Positions 29,290 through 39,527 of a stretch of 64,000 nucleotides of DNA are shown here, piece by piece. Position 1 is the stretch's first letter; the number at the start of each line of letters is the position of its first letter. The notes under the pieces were generated by a model. It had not been told where the DNA came from and searched no databases. It worked only from the letters and a program-made list of their open reading frames with translations. The position numbers and the translations under genes are program-made. Source of the stretch: Bacteroidales bacterium (lineage in GTDB: Bacteria; Bacteroidota; Bacteroidia; Bacteroidales; Dysgonomonadaceae); the NCBI GenBank assembly GCA_012837345.1, contig DURL01000003.1:2954-66953 (forward strand). The letters are read 5' to 3'.

Positions 29290-29620
29290 TTTGCAAAAAT
29301 AGTCATTATTTCGATAGATAACGCATTTTTTATTCGTTTTCTACTAGAAATGTGTCGGTTTTGCCTTTTAGTCATTCTTCCTGGCAGATTTTATGATAAA
29401 TGCAGAAACCTTCATATCTTTATGAAATTGAATTACTCGGAAAAGACAATGACTGTTCTCAAATTGTTCCCACAAGGTGAACCACAAAGTTAGCCGAAAT
29501 CCATAAAAATCAACTCCGATAATTGTGGGAGTTGATATATGGGTACAATAAAGGTAGAGACACCGAGGAGCTGTCTCGTCCTGAAATAGGGGGTTCCTCT
29601 AAAAGTAAATTTAAAAACAG

Positions 29621-29659
29621 AAAAAAGGCCATCTCATGTTGTATGAGACGGCCTCTTTT
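29621..29659 (-). terminator. Intrinsic terminator of eno
   Basis: AGGCC-ATCTCAT / ATGAGA-C-GGCCT stem with A/T runs on both sides. Confidence 0.75.
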
Positions 29660-29681
29660 GAATAGGGTTGAAAAAAACTAT

Positions 29682-30977
<1,296 letters not shown>

Positions 30978-31163
30978 TTATATAGTAATTAGTTGCTAAG
31001 ACGCTAAACAATTGCCTGACAGGCTGATACCTAAAAAAAGATCTTTCGCAAAATCTACATGCAAATATACAGATTTTTTTTGCGAATCATCCGGTTTGTA
31101 ATAGGAAAGTTAGGTTAAAGGATAATAACATATCGGCAACCTCACTGCCCGATGAGTAACTGA

Positions 31164-31772
31164 TCAGAGAGCTCCTCCGTTTACTGTGGCAATCAGGACG
31201 CTCAGGTTTGAAGTGAGCAGTTTCACCGAAATGGCCATCAGGATTACCCCGAAAAACTTGCGGAGGATATAGGCACCGCTTTCCCCGAGCATCTTTTTCA
31301 CCAAATCGAGGTAACGCAGCACCAGGTAAACAATTACCAGGTTGAGGAAGACCGCCACGATAATATTGATAATGTGAAACTCGGCCCGCATGGAGAGAAG
31401 GGTGGTAAAACTACCGGGACCGGCAATCAATGGGAAGACCACCGGAAAGAGTGTCGATGAATTGTCGGAATTGGTACTGTCATTCTTGAATATCTCCACA
31501 CCAAAAATCATCTCGATCGAGAGGATCAGCAGCACAATGGCACCAGCGACAGCAAAAGCCGAGATATCGAGTTGAAAAAGCTTCAGGATCCATTCCCCAA
31601 CAAAGAGAAACCCAATCAGAATGGCAAGCGAATAGGAAGCCGCTTTTTCCGGATGTATCGTCTTGTTTTGACTCCTCAGGTTCAGGAAGATGGGAACCGA
31701 ACCCGTGACATCAATGATCGCAAACAACACCAAAAAAGCACTGACTATCTCAACTCCATCAAAAAACATCAT
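31164..31772 (-). CDS. MarC-family inner-membrane protein
   Basis: LFAIIDVTGSVP, FAVAGAIVL, PLIAGPGS and ILMAISV; six hydrophobic segments. Confidence 0.88.
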   Translation of the reverse strand: MMFFDGVEIVSAFLVLFAIIDVTGSVPIFLNLRSQNKTIHPEKAASYSLAILIGFLFVGEWILKLFQLDISAFAVAGAIVLLILSIEMIFGVEIFKNDSTNSDNSSTLFPVVFPLIAGPGSFTTLLSMRAEFHIINIIVAVFLNLVIVYLVLRYLDLVKKMLGESGAYILRKFFGVILMAISVKLLTSNLSVLIATVNGGAL

Positions 31773-31863
31773 GACCAATCCGAATTAGAATTATGAAAGG
31801 AACAGCTTACATTTTGCTACAAAATTACACAATGAGGCTCAATTTTCCAAATCATGCCGCAAA

Positions 31864-33033
31864 TTATCCCGTCACTTCCGTGATTTTCTCAAAGGCGAAA
31901 GGGTAAGGATGCACGTGGTTCAGATATTTGATGATCCGGAAGGCATTGAAATGATGAAAGAAACGTTTTCTGAATGTGGTGAGCGTGGCGCTGTTGCGTT
32001 TACAGTCAGCCAGCATCTCCATAATATTGTTTTCATACAGAAATTCGACCAGCGTTGGGTTTAACACATCCAGGGCGGCAATGATTTGCTGATTGCTCAT
32101 CCGGAAGAAATGATCGATAAGAGAAAAAAGAACTGTGAGCTCCCGGAACGATCTGCGTGAATAAACCTTCATCACCTTGTCAGGCTCCTCCAGAATCTTC
32201 TGCAGTGCGGGACCGGTTCCAAAAGGGATGCGATCTGAGAAACGCGCCAGAGGATAGACCTTAGCATCCGGCAATTCCTTGATATGACCCAGCGCAAATA
32301 CCTTCTGAAGAAAATAAAAATCCTCACCACCTTGTTGTCTGCCCATCCCTCCTGTTTTCACATATGCTTTGGCGGAGACGGCAAAAGTGGACCCAATGGT
32401 ATGCCAATACCATGGAAATCCTGATTGTTGCAGCATCCGGCTGAAATAAGTGAGGTAGGATTCATATTGTCTTATGGCGTACTCCATTTCGGGATCATCA
32501 CCACGTGTGCGGTGTGCAAATCCATGCAGGGTGGCATTCAACTGTTTACTGGTCGAAAAGGCATCCTGAATGGCAGTAAGAAAATGTGGCGATACGGTAC
32601 AATCGGCATCGAGAGAGACAATCACACCATGCTCCTTCTCATGGGTCAGGAAATGTTGAATGGCCAGGTCCATGCCGATCTTTCGCGCAAGACCCACACC
32701 TGCATGCTTGCGGGGTAGTTGTTCAAACAGAAGAGGACAAAGGGTCATCCCTTTTTCATCAAGCGATTGAGCTAAAAGAAGCGTCTGTTGATAGGTGATC
32801 CTGTTTTGCATGACACTCTCTTTTGCCACATCTTCTCCTGCATTACAGATCACTGCAACCAGCACCTCTGCATCGGGACGGTCACAAGCTAAAAGGGAGT
32901 GGATCGTTTCGTGCAGGTCAGGTTCATCGAGACAGGGAATCACCACGATCATATCTGCAGAGACAGAGGAGGGATACAGGCTTTGCATATACTCCTGTGG
33001 TTGTCTGTTGATATATTGTCTCCAGTGTTGCAT
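31864..33033 (-). CDS. GT-A fold (GT2-like) glycosyltransferase
   Basis: VVIPCLDE, GVGLARKIGMD, SLDAD (DxD) and GGEDFYFLQK. Confidence 0.7.
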   Translation of the reverse strand: MQHWRQYINRQPQEYMQSLYPSSVSADMIVVIPCLDEPDLHETIHSLLACDRPDAEVLVAVICNAGEDVAKESVMQNRITYQQTLLLAQSLDEKGMTLCPLLFEQLPRKHAGVGLARKIGMDLAIQHFLTHEKEHGVIVSLDADCTVSPHFLTAIQDAFSTSKQLNATLHGFAHRTRGDDPEMEYAIRQYESYLTYFSRMLQQSGFPWYWHTIGSTFAVSAKAYVKTGGMGRQQGGEDFYFLQKVFALGHIKELPDAKVYPLARFSDRIPFGTGPALQKILEEPDKVMKVYSRRSFRELTVLFSLIDHFFRMSNQQIIAALDVLNPTLVEFLYENNIMEMLADCKRNSATLTTFRKRFFHHFNAFRIIKYLNHVHPYPFAFEKITEVTG

Positions 33034-33117
33034 GGCTGAACGGTGTAAAGAGATGCATAGAGGTAAAAAAAGGCTCTTTTTACAAAGAACCTTTTTTTTA
33101 TCATCGGGTCGATTGGA

Positions 33118-33762
33118 TCATTTCTTTTCTTCAGCCGATCCGGCAGCAGCAGTGGCTGGTCCATACCGGTTGTTCAGAAAGGTGATCACATCATTCGTGA
33201 TATCATACTTCACATCTGAGTAGAGCACGGTGCTGGTGGTACGGTTGCTGAAAATGATCTCATAGGGCTTACCCTTGCTGAACTCAACCATACGCGCTTT
33301 AATGGTATCTTCCATTTGGATATTCAGTTTCTCCTGCTCGAGCATGAACTCCTGCGTGAGACGTTCTGCCAGCTGCTGATACTCCTGGTTCATCTGTAAT
33401 ATCCGTTCCTGCTCCTGTTGTGCTCTCTCCTGACTCAGAAAAGCGTTGTTACGCAGTTTGCGCTCAAATTCCTGGGCTGCCGAATTAATCTGGTTTTGCC
33501 GCTGATTAAGTGTGGCACGGGTGCTTTCTTCTTTCCGGAGCAAAGATTCATTGAGATCCTTCGCAAAGTTGTAGTTCATCAGCAGGGAATCCACATTCAC
33601 GAAAGCAATCGGCAACGTAACCGAAGAATCGTTCAGCAAGAGGGAGAGGTCATTGCCTGAAGTGTTGGTCCCTGATTTGCCGGCAGTGAAGTGCAGGATG
33701 TAAAGAACAATAAGGGCAATCGCCAGCACACCGCTGACGATGTAAGGAGTAGAATTCTTCAT
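33118..33762 (-). CDS. OmpH/Skp-family periplasmic chaperone with N-terminal membrane anchor
   Basis: IAFVNVDSLL, coiled-coil body, YDITNDVITFLN. Confidence 0.85.
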   Translation of the reverse strand: MKNSTPYIVSGVLAIALIVLYILHFTAGKSGTNTSGNDLSLLLNDSSVTLPIAFVNVDSLLMNYNFAKDLNESLLRKEESTRATLNQRQNQINSAAQEFERKLRNNAFLSQERAQQEQERILQMNQEYQQLAERLTQEFMLEQEKLNIQMEDTIKARMVEFSKGKPYEIIFSNRTTSTVLYSDVKYDITNDVITFLNNRYGPATAAAGSAEEKK

Positions 33763-33772
33763 TGTAACGGAT

Positions 33773-33994
33773 TTATAAATTTTCTGATTTCAATATTTTC
33801 ACGATCGGACTCTCTCTTCTGTTCATTTCAGCATCCTGCGAGGTTGCACAATGAATCCCCCTGTCCTGCATCGCTTGACATTCACCAATGTGGAGGCTTG
33901 GAAAAGCACCCTTACGGGAGAAGAAGACGCGCACCCCCATCAGCAGGATGGCGATGAACAGGAGGACGATACCTATCAGTACGACTTTTATCAT
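33773..33994 (-). CDS. Small single-pass membrane protein (73 aa)
   Basis: MIKVVLIGIVLLFIAILLMGVRVFF...FPSLHIG...RGIHCATSQD; consensus TATCTTTG promoter at 34015-34022. Confidence 0.7.
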   Translation of the reverse strand: MIKVVLIGIVLLFIAILLMGVRVFFSRKGAFPSLHIGECQAMQDRGIHCATSQDAEMNRRESPIVKILKSENL

Positions 33995-34139
33995 ATTGTC
34001 TGGTTTTAATGCCGCAAAGATAGTCCAATTAGCCAATTAAACAGCATTTTTTCGCATTAAAGATGCTAAAAATTTTGTCTACACGCCATTTTTCTTGTAT
34101 TTTTATCGACTGCAAAACCATCAAACAAAACAGTATAAG

Positions 34140-35594
34140 ATGACAACGATTAAAGAACTGCAACCAGCTGCTGTCTGGGGTTACTTCCACGACATTACAC
34201 AGATTCCAAGACCCTCCAAGAAAGAGGAGAAGATACTGGCCTATCTGCTCGCCTTTGCCCGTGACCACAACCTGGATGCCAAACAGGACCATGCAGGCAA
34301 CATACTGATCACCAAGCCGGCAACTCCCGGAAGAGAGGAGGCTCCCACGGTGATCCTGCAATCACACGTGGACATGGTCTGTGAGAAGAATGCCGGGGTG
34401 GAGCATGATTTCGACAACGATCCCATCGAGACCATCATCGATGGCGACTGGATCAGGGCAAACGGCACCACCCTGGGCGCCGACAATGGCATCGGTGTCG
34501 CTGCACAGCTGGCATTGCTGGCGGCCAATGACATTGCACACGGCAAGATCGAAGCACTCTTCACGGTTGATGAAGAGACCGGTCTCACGGGTGCCTACTC
34601 ACTGGGAAAGGAGTTCCTCAGTGGCAACATCCTGCTCAACCTCGATACGGAAGAGGAGGGTGAGATCTACATCGGTTGCGCCGGCGGCAAGGGGACGCGT
34701 GCCTATTTCAAATATAAGGAAAAGGAAACCCCAAAAGGATATTTCTGGTTTCGTACAGAGGTAAAAGGGCTCCGCGGTGGTCATTCCGGCAGTGACATCG
34801 ACAAAGGGTTCGGCAATGCCAATAAGATCCTGGCCCGCTTTCTGCACTCCCTCACCCGCAAGAAATATGGGATGGTTCTCGCTGAGATTGGCGGTGGCAA
34901 CCTGCACAACGCCATCCCGCGTGAAGCTCACGCACTGGTGGGGGTGAAGGCGAAGTACAAAGAAGAGATACGGGTCAAAATCAACACCTTCCTGGCAGAT
35001 CTGCATGATGAATACAAGCACACTGAACCGAACCTGGAGCTGCTGCTTGAGTCGGCACCCATCCCGTCGAAGGTGATCAACCGGAAAACAGCCGAAAAGC
35101 TTCTCCTCTCACTCTGTGCCTGTCCGCATGGGGTGATTGGCATGAGCAGTGATATCGAGGGACTGGTTGAGACCTCCACAAACCTCGCATCGGTGAAGAT
35201 GCTACCCGACCTTCGGATTGAAGTAGGCACCAGTCAACGCAGTTCGGTGGAATCACAGAAACGGTACGTGGTGGAGATGGTCTCGTCGGTCTTCACGCTG
35301 GCGGGTGCCAGGGTGACCCACAGCGAAGGATACCCCGGGTGGAAACCGAACCCTGAGTCGGCGATCCTGGAGTTGGCAAAAGAGGAATACCGGAAGCTTT
35401 ACAACAGAGATGCAAAGGTGAAGGCCATACATGCCGGACTGGAATGTGGTCTCTTCCTGGAGAAGTACCCCACACTCGACATGATCTCCATTGGACCGGA
35501 CATGACCGATGTACACTCTCCCGATGAGAAGATGAAAATCTCCTCGGTAGGCAAGTTCTGGGATTACCTGGTGAAGATTCTGGAAGCGGTCTGA
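34140..35594 (+). CDS. pepD: Aminoacyl-histidine dipeptidase (M20C)
   Basis: LQSHVDMV, TTLGADNGIG, VDEETGL, GGHSG, IHAGLECG and SIGP. Confidence 0.95.
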   Translation: MTTIKELQPAAVWGYFHDITQIPRPSKKEEKILAYLLAFARDHNLDAKQDHAGNILITKPATPGREEAPTVILQSHVDMVCEKNAGVEHDFDNDPIETIIDGDWIRANGTTLGADNGIGVAAQLALLAANDIAHGKIEALFTVDEETGLTGAYSLGKEFLSGNILLNLDTEEEGEIYIGCAGGKGTRAYFKYKEKETPKGYFWFRTEVKGLRGGHSGSDIDKGFGNANKILARFLHSLTRKKYGMVLAEIGGGNLHNAIPREAHALVGVKAKYKEEIRVKINTFLADLHDEYKHTEPNLELLLESAPIPSKVINRKTAEKLLLSLCACPHGVIGMSSDIEGLVETSTNLASVKMLPDLRIEVGTSQRSSVESQKRYVVEMVSSVFTLAGARVTHSEGYPGWKPNPESAILELAKEEYRKLYNRDAKVKAIHAGLECGLFLEKYPTLDMISIGPDMTDVHSPDEKMKISSVGKFWDYLVKILEAV

Positions 35595-35627
35595 TCGGAA
35601 TCATCTCCCATCCACGGCTATGAGACA

Positions 35628-36662
35628 ATGAAAAGGATACTTATCTGCTGTTGTTGTTGTTGGCTGTTGTCAGCTACCACGCTGATGTCGCAGCAGCCTT
35701 TTCGTGTGATGTTCTACAATGTGGAGAACCTGTTCGACACCCGGAATGACACACTGAAAGAGGATGAGCAGTTCCTGCCGGACGGGTTTATGCACTGGAC
35801 ACCCTATAAATATTGGGAGAAGCTGCGCAACATCACACGGGTGATCACCGCTGTGGGTGGGATGTACTCACCGGCAGTGGTGGGACTGTGCGAGGTGGAG
35901 AACGACAGCGTTCTGACGGACCTTACCCTACGTTCCCCGTTACGGGTGCAGGGCTACAGATACATTGTCACCGACTCACCCGATGAACGGGGGATTGATG
36001 TGGCACTGCTCTATCAACCGCATCAGTTTCGCCTGCTTGATGCGAGCGAGTACAGGATCTCCTTCCGTCATCCTGAACGACGCCCCACACGCAATATCCT
36101 GCATGCAGTAGGAACAGTGGTCAGCGGTGACACCCTCGATCTGTTTGTCTGCCATTTCCCTTCACGCAGTGAGGGACAACAGGAGACAGAACCGGCACGT
36201 ATCGACGCTGCATCCCTGTTGCGTGAAAAATGTGACAGCATTATCTCTCTGCGCGAATACCCTCACATCCTGATCATGGGCGATTTCAACGACCACCCTG
36301 ACGACAAGAGTCTCTCCCGGGTACTGGGAGCGTTGAGGGCAGATGCATCTCCTGAAAGAGATAAGCTGTATAACCTCTTTCATGGTGACCGGAAAAATGG
36401 AGCAACGGGTACCTATAAATACCGTGGCCGATGGGAGATACTGGATCAGTTTATCGTCAGCGGCAATCTGATGATGCCGGGTAGCCGCATTCGCATCGGG
36501 GGGGACAGTGCGGAGATCTTCCGGGCACCGTTCCTGTTGGAAGAAGATGAACGCTATTACGGATTAAAACCCTACCGCACCAACCTGGGACCTCGTTATC
36601 TCGGGGGCTTCAGTGATCATCTCCCTATCCGGATGGAGCTGATGATCGGTCACACAGAATAG
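35628..36662 (+). CDS. Secreted endonuclease/exonuclease/phosphatase-family protein
   Basis: FYNVENLFD, GLCEVEN, RGIDVALLY, HFPSR, MGDFND and GFSDHLP. Confidence 0.88.
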   Translation: MKRILICCCCCWLLSATTLMSQQPFRVMFYNVENLFDTRNDTLKEDEQFLPDGFMHWTPYKYWEKLRNITRVITAVGGMYSPAVVGLCEVENDSVLTDLTLRSPLRVQGYRYIVTDSPDERGIDVALLYQPHQFRLLDASEYRISFRHPERRPTRNILHAVGTVVSGDTLDLFVCHFPSRSEGQQETEPARIDAASLLREKCDSIISLREYPHILIMGDFNDHPDDKSLSRVLGALRADASPERDKLYNLFHGDRKNGATGTYKYRGRWEILDQFIVSGNLMMPGSRIRIGGDSAEIFRAPFLLEEDERYYGLKPYRTNLGPRYLGGFSDHLPIRMELMIGHTE

Positions 36663-36782
36663 TCACCCCGGAACGGTCCGTTATCAAACTTTATCTTAAA
36701 AAGAAACATTCTCACGCAAATTAATTATACATTTGCACTGAATTTACATCTGATCATACAACAAAACAAATATGCAAGACCT

Positions 36783-36989
36783 ATGAATCCACTACTGATC
36801 AACCTGAACGGATGGGAGATACCCATCATTGTAATAGTGATACTCATCCTTTTCGGAGGGAAAAAGATACCCGAATTCATGAAAGGACTGGGAAAAGGGA
36901 TCAATAGCTTCAAGAAGGGGTTGAACGATATCGAAGAAGATATCAAGGCTGACCCCAGTGACAGCAATTCAACGACCGAAAAGAAGTAA
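36783..36989 (+). CDS. tatA: Twin-arginine translocase TatA
   Basis: [25 protein letters not shown]; TACATTTG promoter at 36728-36735. Confidence 0.93.
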   Translation: MNPLLINLNGWEIPIIVIVILILFGGKKIPEFMKGLGKGINSFKKGLNDIEEDIKADPSDSNSTTEKK

Positions 36990-36997
36990 CTTCCCCC

Positions 36998-37021
36998 GGT
37001 ATCTCGTTTAGGATACCTTTT
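36998..37021 (+). terminator. Terminator-like hairpin after tatA
   Basis: GGTATC-N8-GATACC followed by TTTT. Confidence 0.55.
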
Positions 37022-37108
37022 ACAACATTGTCAATTATACTTTTTCGGGTATGACCTTTTTATGCATTTGGTTGTACCCGAAAAAATGAATCTATAGCGC
37101 AGGGTTAC

Positions 37109-37939
37109 ATGGCAGAGAAAGAAATGTCCTTTTGGGATCATCTGGAGGAGTTCAGGTGGACCTTGATACGTACCATTGGCGCAGTATTGGTCTTCTCCAT
37201 CATCGGGTTCATCATCATCCCCTACATCTTCGACTCTGTGATCCTGGCTGCCAAATCATCCGATTTTGTCACTTATCGATTTCTGGACAAGGCGAGTCAG
37301 TTAATACCCTTCCTACCCGATTTCTCTGCTGATGCATTCGAGGTTCAGATCCTCAATATCAACATGACCACACAGTTCATGACCTACATCTCCACATCAC
37401 TCTCCTTTGGTGTGCTCTGCACGATTCCCTACATACTATATGAATTGTGGAAATTCATCAGTCCTGCCCTTTATGATAACGAGGCAAAAGGGGTTAAAAC
37501 AGCTTTCGGGTTTGGAGGTTTCATGTTTGTGGTTGGTTGCCTGGTTGGCTACTTCGTGGTCTTCCCACTGATCTTCCGCTTCCTCATCACCTTCGAGCTC
37601 AGCGATTCGATTGAGAACATGCTCTCTCTCGACTCCTACATGAGCAATTTCTACACGCTGATCCTGATCATGGGGCTTGTCTTTGAGCTGCCCCTGGTAT
37701 TCTGGCTGTTATCCAACCTGGGACTGATCTACAGGCCTTTCTTCCGAAAGTACCGCCGCCATGCAGTGGTGGGATCACTCCTGGCAGCTGCCTTGATCAC
37801 ACCCTCGGGCGACCCCTTCTCTCTCATCGTGGTCACCGTTCCCATCTACATGCTCTGGGAGATCAGCGCCTTTATGGTCAAGAAGGAACCGCCTCTTGAG
37901 GAAGAGGAGGATGAGGATTTACCGGCTGCCCTGGACTAA
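37109..37939 (+). CDS. tatC: Twin-arginine translocase TatC
   Basis: MSFWDHLEEFR, LWKFISPALY, GLVFELP and ALITPSGDP. Confidence 0.96.
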   Translation: MAEKEMSFWDHLEEFRWTLIRTIGAVLVFSIIGFIIIPYIFDSVILAAKSSDFVTYRFLDKASQLIPFLPDFSADAFEVQILNINMTTQFMTYISTSLSFGVLCTIPYILYELWKFISPALYDNEAKGVKTAFGFGGFMFVVGCLVGYFVVFPLIFRFLITFELSDSIENMLSLDSYMSNFYTLILIMGLVFELPLVFWLLSNLGLIYRPFFRKYRRHAVVGSLLAAALITPSGDPFSLIVVTVPIYMLWEISAFMVKKEPPLEEEEDEDLPAALD

Positions 37940-37960
37940 AGGCAGAGGACGATTGATTCA

Positions 37961-38335
37961 TCAGCTGTTGACAATCTCTTTGCCGAAAGGAGTCAGCGCC
38001 AGCCTCATCAGCTTAAAGTGCTGATTGCCAAACGGTATACCAATGATGGTGATGTAGAAGAGTAGACCAAACAACAGGTGGGTCAGCATAATAGGGAATC
38101 CTCCTACAAAGAGCCAGATCACGTTCATCAGCAGGGAGAGACAGCCCGATGTGGACTCCCGGTGCTTCACCTTCTTCCCAAACGGCCAGAGTGCTACTTC
38201 AGCCAGCTTCAGTGATTGCAACCCAAAAGGGATGCCGATGATGGTAATCATCAGTGCTACGCTACCCAGCACATATTCAATGGCAATAAAGATGCCTCCG
38301 AACACAACCCAAATAATGTTTCCCAGCGTTTTCAT
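37961..38335 (-). CDS. YccF-domain inner-membrane protein
   Basis: Duplicated GNIIW...IIGIPFG...LxPFGK module. Confidence 0.9.
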   Translation of the reverse strand: MKTLGNIIWVVFGGIFIAIEYVLGSVALMITIIGIPFGLQSLKLAEVALWPFGKKVKHRESTSGCLSLLMNVIWLFVGGFPIMLTHLLFGLLFYITIIGIPFGNQHFKLMRLALTPFGKEIVNS

Positions 38336-38712
38336 CTCACCGCGATCACCTCAATTTCCACCAATGCCTGCTTAGGCAACTCTTTCACTGCAAATGCCGA
38401 ACGGGCAGGGAAGCTGCCATTAAACTGAGCTGCATAGACCTCGTTCATCTCACCAAAGAGTGACATATCCTGCAGGAAGACGGTGGTCTTGACAATCTGT
38501 TCCGTCGTCACCCCTGCCACCGCAAGCACAGCACGGATGTTGGTAAAGATCTGTGTGGTCTGCTCGCTGACACCTCCCGCAACAAGGTCACCCTTTGCCG
38601 GATCAATTGCCAGCATACCCGAAAGGAAGAGCATGCCATTGACTTCAACCGCCTGACTGTATGGTCCTATCGCTGCCGGGGCGTTCTCAGTGGAAATAAT
38701 TTTCTTTTTCAT
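38332..38712 (-). CDS. ridA: RidA/YjgF family imine deaminase
   Basis: APAAIGPYSQA, KTTVFL, FPARSA and VEIEVIA. Confidence 0.93.
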   Translation of the reverse strand: MKKKIISTENAPAAIGPYSQAVEVNGMLFLSGMLAIDPAKGDLVAGGVSEQTTQIFTNIRAVLAVAGVTTEQIVKTTVFLQDMSLFGEMNEVYAAQFNGSFPARSAFAVKELPKQALVEIEVIAVR

Positions 38713-38720
38713 GATTCTCT

Positions 38721-38755
38721 TAGCATTTAGCCGTCAGCGATCAGCTGTCAGCTCA
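38721..38755 (-). repeat. Five degenerate heptamer repeats upstream of ridA
   Basis: Plus strand TAGCATT TAGCCGT CAGCGAT CAGCTGT CAGCTCA. Confidence 0.6.
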
Positions 38756-38782
38756 TTATTGTAATTTATTCATTGATCATTT

Positions 38783-39526
38783 TTAGGATATCCCCCGTTG
38801 CCTGATCACCTCGTAGATCAAGACACCGGCAGCCACAGAGACATTGAGCGATTGTATGGTGCCGAACTGCGGGATCCTCACCAGTTCATCGCTCACCCTC
38901 AGATGATCAGCGGCAACACCGGTATCCTCGGCACCCATCACGATAGCCACCGGCAGGGTGAGATCGCTCTCGGTATAATAGGCAGAGGCCTTCTCTGTTG
39001 CCGTCACCACCTTCACCCCGCTGTTCTTCAAAAAGATGATCGCCTCCCTCAGGCTCTGCTCACGGCAAACAGGAATCGAATGAAGCGCTCCGGCGGAGGT
39101 CTTCACCGCATCAGCGTTGACGGTAACGCTTCCCTTCGAAGGGATCACGATGGCATCAACGCCAGCAACCTCGCAGGTGCGGGCGATCGCTCCAAAGTTT
39201 CGTACATCGGTGAGCCCGTCGAGCACCAGGATCAGCGGGTTTTTCCCTTGCTCGTAGAGCAGCGGGATGATATGTTCCAGCTTCTGGTAAGCTACCGCCG
39301 AGGTGAAGGCAATCACTCCCTGGTGGTTCTTGCGGGTGACACGGTCGATGCGTTCCAGCGGTACCCGCTGCATCGGGATCTCGCGCTCACGCAACAACTG
39401 CTGCAACTCCATGAACAGCTCGCCCGAGAGCTCACGCTTCACCAGCACCTTGTCAATATCTTTCCCGGCTTCAATCGCCTCTATCACGGCACGGATGCCG
39501 AAGATCATCTCTTTCTCTTTCATCAT
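38783..39526 (-). CDS. rlmB: 23S rRNA (guanosine-2'-O)-methyltransferase RlmB (SPOUT)
   Basis: NHQGVIA, LDGLTDVRNFGAIART, KTSAGA, MGAEDTG and SLNVSVAAG. Confidence 0.92.
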   Translation of the reverse strand: MMKEKEMIFGIRAVIEAIEAGKDIDKVLVKRELSGELFMELQQLLREREIPMQRVPLERIDRVTRKNHQGVIAFTSAVAYQKLEHIIPLLYEQGKNPLILVLDGLTDVRNFGAIARTCEVAGVDAIVIPSKGSVTVNADAVKTSAGALHSIPVCREQSLREAIIFLKNSGVKVVTATEKASAYYTESDLTLPVAIVMGAEDTGVAADHLRVSDELVRIPQFGTIQSLNVSVAAGVLIYEVIRQRGIS

Positions 39527-39527
39527 T

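Larger units (their letters stand above)
27496..29546. mobile_element. AT-rich integrative islet at the tRNA-Leu 3' end, with no integrase
   Basis: TGGGTAC at 27489-27495 (tRNA end) recurs at 29540-29546; hairpins with GATAATT loops near both ends; tandem TTGTTCCCAAA (27550-27571) and AAATTGTTCCCA (29461-29472); low GC. Confidence 0.6.

Noticed and set aside
31164-31772. MarC as an antibiotic-resistance gene
   Set aside because: The family name is historical; MarC proteins are not established resistance determinants.
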